DNA of 64,000 nucleotides, from positions 2,880,001 through 2,944,000 of the forward strand of contig OZ241875.1 of the NCBI GenBank assembly GCA_965203325.1, in the 5' to 3' direction. The translations under genes and the position numbers were made by a program. Origin of the DNA: a bacterium. Its GTDB lineage: Bacteria > UBA8248. The stretch's first letter is position 1, and each line of letters begins with the position of its first letter. Below the pieces are notes generated by a model that saw only the letters and a list, made by a program, of their open reading frames with translations, was not told the origin of the DNA and made no database searches. Below are positions 20,599-31,431 of the stretch, one piece after another.

Positions 20599-21729
20599 TC
20601 AGGCCGTTCGCCTGTGTTTTTGCTTCACGCAGTCGTCGACGAACTCGTTCACCATCTCGCGCGTGACGTGCGGCATGGTGATGATGTGGGCGATGTCGCC
20701 CAGCGGCGCGATTTGCCACTTGCGCGACACCTCGCCCGGGGGTCTCGGGAAAACGACCGTCACCGAGTTCTTGTGGCGCCACGCGGGGACCCCGAACTCG
20801 CCGAAGCGCTCGACGGCGTATTCGGCGACCGCGAGCATCTCCGCCACGAGCTCGCGGAACCCGTCCATCCCCAGGCGCTCGAAGGCGTACCACATCATGA
20901 GCGGCGTCAGCGCGTTGCGCGAGCCGGGCAGCGTGGTGTCGAGCACGCCGACGTATTCTATCGAGCGCGCGATGCGCGCCACGTAATCGCGCTTCGTCAG
21001 CACGACGCCGCAGGGCAGCGGACAGCCGATGAGCTTGTGGCCGCTGATGGATACGCTGTCGAAGCCTGCGTCGAAACCGTAGGGCTGCGGCTCGTCGACG
21101 AAGGGCAGAATCATGCCGCTCAGGGCGGCGTCCGCGTGGATGTAGGCGTTCGTGACGGCCAGGTCGTCCAGGATGCCGCGCACCTTGCCGACGTCGTCCA
21201 CGGCGCCTTTCATCGTGGAGCCGATGTTCGCCATGAAGATGACCGGCGCGTCGCGGTGGATGCGGATGGTCTCGCGGAGGTCCTCGTAGTCGATTTCCCC
21301 GTCGTCCCGGCTCTTGATCATGATGTTGCGCACGTTCAGCACGCGCAGGATCTTGAGGACGCTGTAGTGCGTGTCCTGGGAGAAATACACCACTCCGTCC
21401 GGGAACAACTCGCGCCCCATGTAGATGCCGTACATGTTGCCCTCGGTTCCGCCGGAGGTGACGTAGCCCCAGGCCTGCTCCTGCTCCAGATGCATCAGGG
21501 AGGCGAACCGGGCGATGACCTCGCGCTCGATCTCGTGGGTGTTGCTGCGGAAATTGCTGTCGTGAAAGGGGTCGCCGACGTTGTTGAGGGTGTATTCCAG
21601 AAAGGGCAGCAAGTCCGAATAATCGAAACTCTGGTTGCAGGGGTAGCCCACCTGCCGCTGCGCCAGCTCCTCGAAGTCGCGTTTCAAGGCGTCGAGATGC
21701 GCCCTGATCAGTGGATTCGGTTCGTTCAT
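20599..21729 (-). CDS. PLP-dependent group II decarboxylase, histidine/serine decarboxylase family
   Basis: GYPCN, LNNVGDPF, GYVTSGGTEGN, THYS, HADAAL, SISGHK (PLP lysine), GSRN; start placed at MNEPN. Confidence 0.88.
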   Translation of the reverse strand: MNEPNPLIRAHLDALKRDFEELAQRQVGYPCNQSFDYSDLLPFLEYTLNNVGDPFHDSNFRSNTHEIEREVIARFASLMHLEQEQAWGYVTSGGTEGNMYGIYMGRELFPDGVVYFSQDTHYSVLKILRVLNVRNIMIKSRDDGEIDYEDLRETIRIHRDAPVIFMANIGSTMKGAVDDVGKVRGILDDLAVTNAYIHADAALSGMILPFVDEPQPYGFDAGFDSVSISGHKLIGCPLPCGVVLTKRDYVARIARSIEYVGVLDTTLPGSRNALTPLMMWYAFERLGMDGFRELVAEMLAVAEYAVERFGEFGVPAWRHKNSVTVVFPRPPGEVSRKWQIAPLGDIAHIITMPHVTREMVNEFVDDCVKQKHRRTA

Positions 21730-22058
21730 GGCTGGAGCCCTCCTGCTCGCGCGAGAGCAAGGCCTTTGGATTTTTCTCCGCACCCCCATCTCCCGCGGCT
21801 TTGGACGCCGGATGGCGGCGAAGATTCCACACGGCTTCAAGATACCCTATTTTCGGGGAGAGAAAAACGCCGGAATTTTCAACGCGCGGGCAACAAAACA
21901 GAATAGAGGTTGCGTGTGGTTCGGGGCGGTTTATGGTTTATGGCCTATGGGGCGGTGAATTGTTGACACCATGGGATGCCAGCCGTAAGATGCGCTCGAT
22001 TCGACATCCCGTGTGGCATGAGAAAAAGGTGCGTGTTGGAGCGCCGTGGGGGCAGGAA

Positions 22059-22415
22059 ATGCCGGAAGAATATCTACCCATATTGATTCTGATCGCGCTG
22101 GCCGTCGGCTTCGCCGTCGTGAACTTGGGCGTGACGTTCCTCCTGGGCAGGCGCAAGTCCACGGTGGAAAAAGACTTCGCCTATGAGTGCGGCATCGTGC
22201 CCGAATCGAACGCGCGCGGGCGCTTCAGCGTGAAATTCTTTCTGGTGGCGATACTGTTCATCGTCTTCGACGTGGAACTCATCTTCCTCTATCCGTGGGC
22301 GGTGAACTTGAAGAGCATGGGCGTGTACGCTTTTCTCGCGATTCTGCCTTTCATGGCTTTGCTGGTGGCCAGCCTGATTTACGAGTGGCGCCGGGGAGCA
22401 CTCGAATGGGACTAG
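22059..22415 (+). CDS. nuoA: NADH-quinone oxidoreductase subunit A (set 1)
   Basis: [21 protein letters not shown]. Confidence 0.95.
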   Translation: MPEEYLPILILIALAVGFAVVNLGVTFLLGRRKSTVEKDFAYECGIVPESNARGRFSVKFFLVAILFIVFDVELIFLYPWAVNLKSMGVYAFLAILPFMALLVASLIYEWRRGALEWD

Positions 22416-22903
22416 AACAACAACTCGAAGGCCAGGTGGTGCTGGGCCGCGCGACCGACGTCATCAAATGGGCGCGTAAGAACAGCCTGTGGCCCGCGCT
22501 TTTCGGGCTGGCGTGCTGCGCCATCGAGATGATGTCGACCTCGGCGGCGAAATACGACATCTCGCGCTTCGGCGCCGAGGTGTTCCGCGCGTCGCCCCGC
22601 CAGGCGGATCTGATGATCGTGGCGGGCCGGGTGTCGCGCAAGATGGCGCCCGTGCTCCGGCAGATATACGATCAGATGCCCGAGCCGAAATGGGTGATCT
22701 CCATGGGCGCGTGCGCGTCCACGGGCGGGATATTCAACAACTACGCGCTCGTGCAGGGCGTGGACGAGGTCGTGCCCGTCGATATCTACGTGCCGGGCTG
22801 TCCGCCGCGCCCCGAAACGCTCATCGACGGGATCATGAAGCTCCAGGCGAAGATTGCGGATGAAAAGCTCTACCGAGAGGATTCCGGCGTCACCTCGCTT
22901 TAG
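22406..22903 (+). CDS. nuoB: NADH-quinone oxidoreductase subunit B (set 1)
   Basis: [24 protein letters not shown]. Confidence 0.96.
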   Translation: MGLEQQLEGQVVLGRATDVIKWARKNSLWPALFGLACCAIEMMSTSAAKYDISRFGAEVFRASPRQADLMIVAGRVSRKMAPVLRQIYDQMPEPKWVISMGACASTGGIFNNYALVQGVDEVVPVDIYVPGCPPRPETLIDGIMKLQAKIADEKLYREDSGVTSL

Positions 22904-23012
22904 ATGATGTGAGAAGGCTCCCCACGCCACGTGAGTTGGAAGTCAAAGCAGGGGCGGGGTGAGCGCTTTTTCGTGAAATGAACAAACCTTTGTGAAATGA
23001 GGGGTTAAGCCG

Positions 23013-23573
23013 TTGAGCGAAGAGGAGCGGGAGCAAACCGAGGCCGAAGAGCCGATCGAGAAAAAAGACCCCGACCTCGTTTTGCTTCAGGCGAAAATCG
23101 GGGAGGGCTTTCTCGGAGCGACGGAACATCGCGGGCAGATTTCCGCCCGGGTCGCGCCGTACGCCCTGCTCGATGCGGCGCGGTTTTTGCGCGATGAAAG
23201 AGGCTACAAGCTGCTGAGCTTCGTCTGCGGGGTGGATTGTCTGGAACTGCCGGTGTCCTACCGCTTCAAGGTGACGTATTCACTCCTGAACCCCGAGAGA
23301 TCGCGGCGTCTGCGGCTCGAAGCCCCTTGTGCGGACGATCTCGAGCCGGCGATGCCCAGCGTCTGCGGGATATGGCCGGGCGCGAGACTCCATGAGAGCG
23401 AGGCGTACGACCTTCTGGGCATCACCTTCGAGGGGCACCCCGAACTCGAGCGCATCCTTACGCCCGAGGGCTTCGAAGGTCATCCCCACCGCAAGGATTT
23501 CGACATCTCCGCCGAGCCTGTGGCGTTTACGTTCCGGGATACCCCCGCGGGCAAGCCCAAGGCGGCGGAATAA
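23013..23573 (+). CDS. nuoC: NADH-quinone oxidoreductase subunit C (set 1)
   Basis: ESEAYDLLGITFEGHP, GHPHRKDF. Confidence 0.93.
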   Translation: MSEEEREQTEAEEPIEKKDPDLVLLQAKIGEGFLGATEHRGQISARVAPYALLDAARFLRDERGYKLLSFVCGVDCLELPVSYRFKVTYSLLNPERSRRLRLEAPCADDLEPAMPSVCGIWPGARLHESEAYDLLGITFEGHPELERILTPEGFEGHPHRKDFDISAEPVAFTFRDTPAGKPKAAE

Positions 23574-23591
23574 GGATTACGGGAGCTGGTT

Positions 23592-24815
23592 ATGGTAACG
23601 GATGCCCGGCAAACGGACCCCCTCGACAGCGACATGCTCGGTCCCATCCAGACCGAGACCATGACGCTCAACATGGGGCCGCAGCACCCGAGCACCCACG
23701 GGGTCTTGCGCGTAGTGCTCGAACTCGACGGCGAGACGGTGCTCACCTGCAAGCCCGTCATCGGCTACCTCCATACCGGCATCGAGAAGAACATGGAGGA
23801 GAAGACCTACAACAAGGCCCTCCCCATGACCGACCGCATGGATTACCTGGCGCCCATGTCGAACAATCTCGGCTTCGTCCTGGCGGTCGAGAAACTCCTG
23901 GACATGGAGGTTCCCCGGCGCTGTAAATACCTGCGCGTGCTGCTCGCGGAGATGACGCGCCTGAACAGCCACCTCGTCTGGCTCGGCACCCACGCGCTCG
24001 ATCTGGGGGCGATGACGGTCTTTCTCTATTGCTTCCGGGAGCGCGAGCAGCTCCTGAAGATTTTCGAGAAAGTTTCGGGCGTCCGCATGATGACCAGCTA
24101 TTTCCGGGTGGGCGGCGTGGCGCGCGAGCCCTACCCGACGTTTTATGACGACTGCCGGAATTTTCTGGAACCATTCTCAGAGCGCGTGGACGAGTACGAG
24201 GAGTTGCTCACGAACAACCCCATCTACCGGAGGCGCGCGGAAGGCGTGTGCGCCATGACGGTCGAGGAGGCCTACGCGCTCGGCATCACGGGGCCGCTGC
24301 TCAGGGCCTGCGGCGTTCCCTACGACATCCGCAAGAACGAGCCCTACTCGGGCTATGAAGAGTTCGACTTCGAGGTCCCCGTGGGCGAGCGGGGCGATAT
24401 TCTGGACCGGTATCTGGTGCGGGTCGCCGAGATGCGCGAGTCCCGGCGCATCGCCATGCAGGCGTTAGAAGGCATGCCCGAGGGTCCCCTCATGGCGGAC
24501 AACCCCAAGGTGGTGCCGCCGCCCAAGGAGCAGCTGGCCCACGACATGGAAGCGCTGATCCACCATTTCAAGATATTCACCGAAGGATACAGCGTGCCCG
24601 AGGGCGAGGTGTACCATGCCATCGAGTCCCCCCGGGGGGAGCTCGGCTATTACATCATCAGCGACGGCAGCCCGAGCCCTTATAAGGTAAAAGTGCGCGC
24701 GCCGAGTTTCGCGAACCTCCACGCGCTGGCCGATATCACCCGTGGCGGGCTGATGGGCGACGTCGTGGCCGCCATCGGCAGCATCGACATCGTGCTGGGC
24801 GAGATAGACCGCTAG
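23592..24815 (+). CDS. nuoD: NADH-quinone oxidoreductase subunit D (set 1)
   Basis: [34 protein letters not shown]. Confidence 0.97.
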   Translation: MVTDARQTDPLDSDMLGPIQTETMTLNMGPQHPSTHGVLRVVLELDGETVLTCKPVIGYLHTGIEKNMEEKTYNKALPMTDRMDYLAPMSNNLGFVLAVEKLLDMEVPRRCKYLRVLLAEMTRLNSHLVWLGTHALDLGAMTVFLYCFREREQLLKIFEKVSGVRMMTSYFRVGGVAREPYPTFYDDCRNFLEPFSERVDEYEELLTNNPIYRRRAEGVCAMTVEEAYALGITGPLLRACGVPYDIRKNEPYSGYEEFDFEVPVGERGDILDRYLVRVAEMRESRRIAMQALEGMPEGPLMADNPKVVPPPKEQLAHDMEALIHHFKIFTEGYSVPEGEVYHAIESPRGELGYYIISDGSPSPYKVKVRAPSFANLHALADITRGGLMGDVVAAIGSIDIVLGEIDR

Positions 24816-24839
24816 AGATAAATAGAGGATGACCTCGTT

Positions 24840-25439
24840 TTGGCGTTGATACGGTTTCCCCATTCCGGGCAGGAAGAGCGCTTCGAGTTCTCGCCCGAGA
24901 ACCGCGCGGAACTAGAGCGCATCATCGCCAAGTATCCCGTGAAGCGCTCGGCCCTCATCCCCGCGCTCCAGTTGGCCCAGGAGCAGGAGGGTTTCATCAC
25001 CAGCGCGGTGATGCAGCATGTGGCCGAGATTTTCGAGGTTTCCCCCATGGAGGTGTGGGGCGTGGTGAGCTTCTACACCATGCTCAAGACCCAGCCCATC
25101 GGGGAATACCACGTGCAGGTGTGCAACAACCTCTCGTGCGCCCTCATGGGTGCGGGCAGGCTGCTGCGCGAGATCGAAAACCGCCTCGATTGCCGCGTCG
25201 GCCACACGCGCGAGGACGGGAAATTCTCGATCGAGGCGGTCGAATGCCTGGGCGCGTGCGGGGGCGCTCCTTGCGTGCAGATAAACGAAAACTATTTCGA
25301 ATGCGTCACGCCCGAGATCATGAACGATATATTCAGCGCGCTGGAAAAGGGCGAGACCGTCTCGCCCATCGGGGCGGACGAGGTGGTATCGCCCGCACTG
25401 GCAGGCGCCGAAGAAGCAGACGGCGAAGGCCAGGGCTGA
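24840..25439 (+). CDS. nuoE: NADH-quinone oxidoreductase subunit E
   Basis: VCNNLSC and ECLGAC 2Fe-2S ligands. Confidence 0.95.
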   Translation: MALIRFPHSGQEERFEFSPENRAELERIIAKYPVKRSALIPALQLAQEQEGFITSAVMQHVAEIFEVSPMEVWGVVSFYTMLKTQPIGEYHVQVCNNLSCALMGAGRLLREIENRLDCRVGHTREDGKFSIEAVECLGACGGAPCVQINENYFECVTPEIMNDIFSALEKGETVSPIGADEVVSPALAGAEEADGEGQG

Positions 25440-25449
25440 GGGTCTGAAG

Positions 25450-26754
25450 ATGGCGTTGGTACTGGAAAAAATCGTGACGGGCCGGTTCGACAACCCCGAC
25501 GCGCCGCACATCGCGGGTTATGAGGCCACGGGCGGCTACGAGGCGATTCGGGGGCTCCTGGGTGGCGTCGAACCCGCAGACGTCATCGAGATGGTGAAGG
25601 CCTCAGGGCTGCGCGGGCGCGGCGGCGCGGGGTTTCCCTGCGGCCTCAAGTGGAGCTTTGTGCCCCAGGTGGACGGGCCGAAATACCTGGCCGTGAACGC
25701 GGACGAGGGGGAACCCGGCACGTTCAAGGACCGCGAACTCATGCTGCGCGACCCGCATCAGCTCATCGAGGGCATCCTCATCGCGTGTTACGCCGTGGGC
25801 ATCGAGAAGGCTTACATCTACATTCGCGGCGAGTTCGTCGCCCCCTGGCGCGCGGTGGAAAAAGCCCTGGCCGAGGCTTATGAAAAAGGCTACGTCGGCC
25901 AGAACATCATGGGCAGCGGTTTTTCGTGCGATATCTACACCCACCGCGGCGCGGGCGCCTACATCTGCGGCGAGGAGACGGGCCTTTTGGAGTCGCTCGA
26001 GGGCAAGCGCGGGCACCCGCGCCTCAAGCCGCCGTTTCCGGCGGTCATCGGCCTCTATGCGCGGCCCACGGTCATCAACAACGTGGAGACGCTCGCGAAT
26101 CTCCCCCACATCGTGAACAAGGGGGCGGAGTGGTTCGCCGGCATCGGAATCGACGAGAAGAACTCGGGCACCCGCATGTACTGCGTCTCGGGGCACGTGG
26201 CGAAGCCGGGCCTGTATGAACTGCCGCTCGGCCTCACGTGCGAGGAGATGATTCACGAGCACTGCGGCGGCATGCGGAACGGCGCGGCCTTGAAGGCGGT
26301 GATTCCCGGCGGCGCGAGCGCGCCCGCCCTCACCGCGCAGGAAGTATACGAAGACAAGGTGACGATGGATTTCGACTCTTTAGCCAAGGCGGGCAGCATG
26401 GGCGGCAGCGGCGGGGTCATCGTCATGGACGAGACGACGTGCATGGTGCAGGCGGCCGGCAGGCTCGCCGCCTTTTTCGAGCACGAATCCTGCGGGCAGT
26501 GCTCTGTCTGCCGGGAGGGAACCGGCTGGGTGTCCGAGATTCTGGCGCGCATGGAACGGGGCGAGGGGGTGCCCGACGATCTCGATACGCTCGCGTCGAT
26601 AGACCCCAACATGCGCGGCAACACCATCTGCGTGTTGTCTGATGCGTGCGCCATGATGTTCGGCGCGTTCCTGACGAAGTTTTACGATGAGTTCGAAGCG
26701 CACATCTCTCTGGGCCGCTGCCCGCTGGGCAGCCCGTATCCCGCCGCGATGTGA
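25450..26754 (+). CDS. nuoF: NADH-quinone oxidoreductase subunit F
   Basis: GLRGRGGAGF, NADEGEPG, GAGAYICGEET, ESCGQCSVC. Confidence 0.97.
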   Translation: MALVLEKIVTGRFDNPDAPHIAGYEATGGYEAIRGLLGGVEPADVIEMVKASGLRGRGGAGFPCGLKWSFVPQVDGPKYLAVNADEGEPGTFKDRELMLRDPHQLIEGILIACYAVGIEKAYIYIRGEFVAPWRAVEKALAEAYEKGYVGQNIMGSGFSCDIYTHRGAGAYICGEETGLLESLEGKRGHPRLKPPFPAVIGLYARPTVINNVETLANLPHIVNKGAEWFAGIGIDEKNSGTRMYCVSGHVAKPGLYELPLGLTCEEMIHEHCGGMRNGAALKAVIPGGASAPALTAQEVYEDKVTMDFDSLAKAGSMGGSGGVIVMDETTCMVQAAGRLAAFFEHESCGQCSVCREGTGWVSEILARMERGEGVPDDLDTLASIDPNMRGNTICVLSDACAMMFGAFLTKFYDEFEAHISLGRCPLGSPYPAAM

Positions 26755-26771
26755 TGGGGGAGAGGCGATAG

Positions 26772-29369
26772 ATGTCGAATGAGCAGGTAACATTCGTATT
26801 CAACGATCAAAGCATCACGATGGACAAGAGCCTGCCCGTCCTGGAGGCCGCGCTGCGCATCGGCGCGCACGTTCCGCATTTCTGCTACCACAAGAACCTC
26901 TCCATCGTGGGCCAGTGCCGGGCCTGTCTCGTCGAGGTACTCGACGCCGGCAACGGCCGGCCGATACCCAAACTCCAGCCTTCCTGCGCCACGTATGCGG
27001 CCGAGGGCATGGTGATCAGTTCCGTGACGCCTCGCGTCATCGAGGCGCAGGAGGGGGTGTTCGAATTCCTGCTCAAGAACCACCCGCTCGATTGTCCGGT
27101 ATGCGACCAGGGCGGCGAGTGCCCCTTGCAGGATCAGACCATGGCCTACGGCAAGGCGATCAGCAGGACGCACGAGTTCCGGCGCATTTATCCGAGCAAA
27201 GAGATCAGCGCTTTCATCAAGCCCGAGATGAACCGCTGCGTGCACTGCACCCGGTGTATCCGCTTCACCGAGGAGATCGACGGCGGGGCGGAGTTCGGCT
27301 GGGCGCAGCGCGGCGACCGCACCGAGGTGGGCGTCTATGAGGACCTGCCCCTGACGAGCGTCGTCTCGGGCAACGTCATCGACATCTGCCCCGTCGGCGC
27401 GCTCACGGACAACAAATATCGCTTCACCGCCCGCGTGTGGGAGATGGAGGAAACGCAAGGTCCCTGCACCCTGTGCAGCGTGGGCTGCCGCCAGGGCGTC
27501 TGGACGAAGGACGGCGAGATCAAGCGCGTGACGGCGGCGGAGAACGAGAGGGTCAACGACACCTGGATTTGCGACGTCGCGCGCTACGGCTGGAGCGGGG
27601 CACACGGCGAGGGCCGCATCACCCAGCCGATGATCAGAAAAGACGGTGAGTTGAAGCCCGCCGCTTGGGCGGAGGCGGTCGGCGAGGCGGCGAGAGGCTT
27701 CGGCGCGCTCATCGAACAAGCGGGCGGCGGCGCCATCGCCGGTCTGGGCGGGGCATCCTCCACGAACGAGACGGCCTATCAGTTCGGCGCCTTCATGCGC
27801 TCGGTCCTGGGAACCAACCACCTGGACAGCCGGATTCATCCGCGCGACATCGTGCAGACGGACTTGCAACGCGCCGCCCTGGGCGGCGTGGGCGGCGCAG
27901 GCTCCATCGAGGAGTTGGGGCGTTCGAAGGCCGTCATCATCGTGGGCAGCGACCCGTTCACGCAGCACCCCATCCTCGCGCTTCAGATCAGAAAGGCGCA
28001 CCGCGCGGGCGCGGTGGTCATCAACGTGAACCAAAGGCGCATCGACTTGCGCGTTTCAGGCCGCGTGCATCATCTGGTGCCGGTTCTGGGCGGCATCTCG
28101 CGCACGCTGCGCGCGCTGGCGGCATGTCTCGCGGACGGCGGCGCGAGACCCGAAGGAGAGAACGCGGAAGAATACGCCGCGTTCGTAGGTTCCGCCGACA
28201 TGAGCCGCCTGTGCGAAGAGGCGGACGTGTCGTCCGATGACCTCATGGCCGCCGCCCGGGCGATCCTGGCGGCCGAGGGCTCCGTGAGCATACTCTCCGG
28301 CCCCGGTGAGACGGGGAAGGTCGCGGTTTCCGAGGCGATCAATCTCGGGATTCTGCTCCGCGCCAACATGCTCTTCGCCACCGGCGCGCCGAACTTACAA
28401 GGCGCAATCGACATGGGTCTGCATCCCGCAGCCCTGCCCGGCGGGGATATGTCGGATGAAGATGCCCGCGCCGCCTGCGGGGAGGCATGGGGAAGGCCGC
28501 CCGGCGCGCAGGCCGGTAAGGACGCGAACGCTATACTCGACGGCCTCGCGAGCGGTGAACTCAAGGCGCTGTACATTCTGGGCTGCGACCCTGTGGCCGA
28601 GCATCCCGATGGCGCGCGGGCGAGAGAGGCGCTGGAGAAGGCCGATTTCGTCGTTCTGCAGACATCTCACTTGAACGCGAGCGCGAAGTATGCGGACGTC
28701 GTGATTCCCGCACCCACGCTGTATGAGGAAACGGGCAGCGTCACGAACCTGGAGCGCAGGGCGCAGTCTCTCCCGCGCGCGCTCAAGCCGATGATCGACA
28801 AGATGGTTCCCGAAGCCTGGCGGGCCTTCGCCGATATCGGAAAGGCGATGGAGCGGCCCATGCGGGCGAACTCGCTGGACAAAATCCGGATTCAGGCGCG
28901 CTCGCTGGTCGACGATTACGCGGACGCCTTCGGCCGTATTCCCGATGAGGGCCTGCATTTAAGACGAGAGGGGCGGCGCGCCTATCAGATCGCGCAGATT
29001 CCGGAGAAAGAAGCGCAAGCGCCGGGCCTCAGGATGCTGTTGACGCCCGTCTTGTGGCTCTCGGGGGCTTATGCGGCCTCTGCCTATCATCTGGCCGACA
29101 TGCCGGAAGCCGCGCTCGCCCTCTCGCCGAGCGATGCGGAAAGCCTCGGCGTTTCAGATGGCGAACTCGTGGAATTCGAAGTGGGCGGGGAGGTCGTTCG
29201 GCTTCCCGCGCACGTCGAGAAGAACGCGCCCGTGGGCGTCGCCTTCGCGCCGGAGGGTTATTTGCGCGCGCACGGAGCTTCGGCGCTCAACACCGGCGGC
29301 GCGCCGGGCCGCCAGGGGCTGGAGATTCGGGCCCGCAAGGCGGAAAAACCCCAGGAGGTGGGCGCATAG
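26772..29369 (+). CDS. nuoG: NADH-quinone oxidoreductase subunit G
   Basis: HFCYH...CRAC, HPLDCPVCDQGGEC, CVHCTRC, CTLCSVGC (N7-type). Confidence 0.95.
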   Translation: MSNEQVTFVFNDQSITMDKSLPVLEAALRIGAHVPHFCYHKNLSIVGQCRACLVEVLDAGNGRPIPKLQPSCATYAAEGMVISSVTPRVIEAQEGVFEFLLKNHPLDCPVCDQGGECPLQDQTMAYGKAISRTHEFRRIYPSKEISAFIKPEMNRCVHCTRCIRFTEEIDGGAEFGWAQRGDRTEVGVYEDLPLTSVVSGNVIDICPVGALTDNKYRFTARVWEMEETQGPCTLCSVGCRQGVWTKDGEIKRVTAAENERVNDTWICDVARYGWSGAHGEGRITQPMIRKDGELKPAAWAEAVGEAARGFGALIEQAGGGAIAGLGGASSTNETAYQFGAFMRSVLGTNHLDSRIHPRDIVQTDLQRAALGGVGGAGSIEELGRSKAVIIVGSDPFTQHPILALQIRKAHRAGAVVINVNQRRIDLRVSGRVHHLVPVLGGISRTLRALAACLADGGARPEGENAEEYAAFVGSADMSRLCEEADVSSDDLMAAARAILAAEGSVSILSGPGETGKVAVSEAINLGILLRANMLFATGAPNLQGAIDMGLHPAALPGGDMSDEDARAACGEAWGRPPGAQAGKDANAILDGLASGELKALYILGCDPVAEHPDGARAREALEKADFVVLQTSHLNASAKYADVVIPAPTLYEETGSVTNLERRAQSLPRALKPMIDKMVPEAWRAFADIGKAMERPMRANSLDKIRIQARSLVDDYADAFGRIPDEGLHLRREGRRAYQIAQIPEKEAQAPGLRMLLTPVLWLSGAYAASAYHLADMPEAALALSPSDAESLGVSDGELVEFEVGGEVVRLPAHVEKNAPVGVAFAPEGYLRAHGASALNTGGAPGRQGLEIRARKAEKPQEVGA

Positions 29370-30350
29370 ATGGTTACGCTGCTCATCATCCTCGGGAAAG
29401 TGCTCGTGGGCTTCGGCGGGCTTTTGCTGCTCGCCGCCTACATGACCTGGATGGAGCGGCGCGTGTTCGCGCTCATACAGGTGCGGGTGGGCCCCAACCG
29501 CGTGGGTCCCTCGGGGCTGTTGCAGCCCATCGCCGACGGCATCAAGCTCATGTTCAAGGAAACCATCATTCCCGCCCAGGCAGACAAGGTGATTTACGTC
29601 CTCGCGCCCGCCGTCACGCTCATTCCGGCGCTGGCCGCCTTCGCCGTGGTGCCCTTCGGCGATTCGGTGACCGTGCTCGGCCAGAAGGTGGACCTGGTGT
29701 TGGCCGACATCAACGTCGGCATCCTCTACATCTTCGCCATGGCGGGCATCGGCGTGTACGGCATCGTGCTCGGCTCATGGGCGTCGAACAGCAAGTACCC
29801 GCTCATCGGCGGGCTTCGCTCGGCGGCGCAGCTCATCAGCTACGAACTCTCGCTCGGCATGTCGCTTCTGGGCGTGGTCATGATCTCCGGCACCCTGAGC
29901 TTGAAGGGGATCGTCGAGGGCCAGGCCGGGATGCCCTACATCGTATTGCAGCCCCTGGGCTTTCTGCTCTTCGTCATCTGCATGCTGGCGGAGACGAACC
30001 GGGCGCCGTTCGATTTGCCCGAGGCCGAGAGCGAACTCACCGGCGGATTCCATACCGAGTACAGCAGCATGCACTTTGCGGTTTACTCCATCGCCGAGTA
30101 CTGCAGCATGATTACGCTCTCGGCGGTGGGGGCGACTTTTTTCCTCGGCGGATGGCGCGGGCCGCTGCTGCCGCCCGTCGTCTGGTTCCTGATCAAGGTG
30201 CTGGCGTTCATGTTCTTCTTCATGTGGCTGCGCGCCTCCACGCCGCGCCTGCGCTATGACCAACTGATGGGTTTCGGATGGAAGGTGCTCCTGCCGCTGT
30301 CCATCCTGAACGTGATACTCACGGCCGGCGCCGTCGTTTTCATCGGCTAG
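29370..30350 (+). CDS. nuoH: NADH-quinone oxidoreductase subunit H (set 1)
   Basis: [31 protein letters not shown]. Confidence 0.97.
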   Translation: MVTLLIILGKVLVGFGGLLLLAAYMTWMERRVFALIQVRVGPNRVGPSGLLQPIADGIKLMFKETIIPAQADKVIYVLAPAVTLIPALAAFAVVPFGDSVTVLGQKVDLVLADINVGILYIFAMAGIGVYGIVLGSWASNSKYPLIGGLRSAAQLISYELSLGMSLLGVVMISGTLSLKGIVEGQAGMPYIVLQPLGFLLFVICMLAETNRAPFDLPEAESELTGGFHTEYSSMHFAVYSIAEYCSMITLSAVGATFFLGGWRGPLLPPVVWFLIKVLAFMFFFMWLRASTPRLRYDQLMGFGWKVLLPLSILNVILTAGAVVFIG

Positions 30351-30375
30351 CGGGCCGCTCAAGGGGGGAGGTTTC

Positions 30376-30855
30376 ATGTTAGGCGAGATTTGCAAGGGGT
30401 TGTGGCTGACGCTCAAGCATTCCTTCAAAAACCGCGTGACCGTGCAATACCCCGACGTCAAAGAGGAGATGCCCGTGGGCTACCGCGGCCTCCACAAGCT
30501 GCTGCGCTGGGAAGACGGCCTGGAGCGCTGCGTGGGGTGCAAGCTCTGCTCGGCGGCCTGTCCCGTGGATTGCATTTACGTGGAATCGGAGGAGAACGAC
30601 CCCGAAGCGCCCACTTCCAAGGGCGAGCGCTACGCCAGCATTTACGAGATCAACGAGCTTCGCTGCATCTTTTGCGGATACTGCGAAGAAGCCTGCCCGG
30701 TCGGCGCGGTCGTGCTGGGCAACGAGTACGAATTCTGCCAGGACGACCGGGGCAAGTTCCTCTACGAGAAGGGCGATTTGCTCGTGGAAAGCACCGAGGA
30801 TCATCCGGAGCTTCATGCCCGCTATGACGAGAAAAACCTGCTCACGTATGTCTAG
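30376..30855 (+). CDS. nuoI: NADH-quinone oxidoreductase subunit I
   Basis: CVGCKLCSAACP and CIFCGYCEEACP (2x 4Fe-4S). Confidence 0.97.
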   Translation: MLGEICKGLWLTLKHSFKNRVTVQYPDVKEEMPVGYRGLHKLLRWEDGLERCVGCKLCSAACPVDCIYVESEENDPEAPTSKGERYASIYEINELRCIFCGYCEEACPVGAVVLGNEYEFCQDDRGKFLYEKGDLLVESTEDHPELHARYDEKNLLTYV

Positions 30856-30900
30856 GGTTCGATTTGAAGCGGGCGCCCGCCCGCTGGAGGAAGGGCGGTA

Positions 30901-31419
30901 GTGGCCAGTTCCCTGTTTTTTTATTTCCTGGCGGTGGTGACGACGGTGGGCGCGATAGCCGTCGTCGCGTTCCCAAGCCCGCTCTACAGCGTGCTCGCCC
31001 TCATCCTCACTTTTCTGGGTCTCGCCGGTCTGTATCTCTCGCTTCACGCGCAGTTCGTCGCCATCGTTCAGGTGATCATCTACGCCAGCGCGATCATGAT
31101 GCTCTTCCTGTTCGTGGTGATGCTGATTAACCTGGGCCGGGAGGAGAAGCGGGAGTTGCGCCTGCCCGGCCAGAAGCTGCTGGGCGCCATCGCGGGACTC
31201 GCCGTCTTCAGCGTACTGCTCAAGATATTCCTCTCCACCTCTCTCATGACGGGAAAGAAGGGGAGTTTCCCGCCCGAGCGGGTGAGCGAACTGGGCAACA
31301 CGCAGATTATCGGAAACCTTTTGTTGACGGATTACGTCCTTCCGTTTCAGGCGATGGGCGTCTTGTTGTTCGTGGGCATCGTCGGCGCCGTGGTGCTGGC
31401 GCGCAGGCGAAGCCGCTAG
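30901..31419 (+). CDS. nuoJ: NADH-quinone oxidoreductase subunit J (set 1)
   Basis: QVIIYASAIMMLFLFVVML, YVLPF; position in operon. Confidence 0.93.
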   Translation: MASSLFFYFLAVVTTVGAIAVVAFPSPLYSVLALILTFLGLAGLYLSLHAQFVAIVQVIIYASAIMMLFLFVVMLINLGREEKRELRLPGQKLLGAIAGLAVFSVLLKIFLSTSLMTGKKGSFPPERVSELGNTQIIGNLLLTDYVLPFQAMGVLLFVGIVGAVVLARRRSR

Positions 31420-31431
31420 GAGGGGTGAGAC

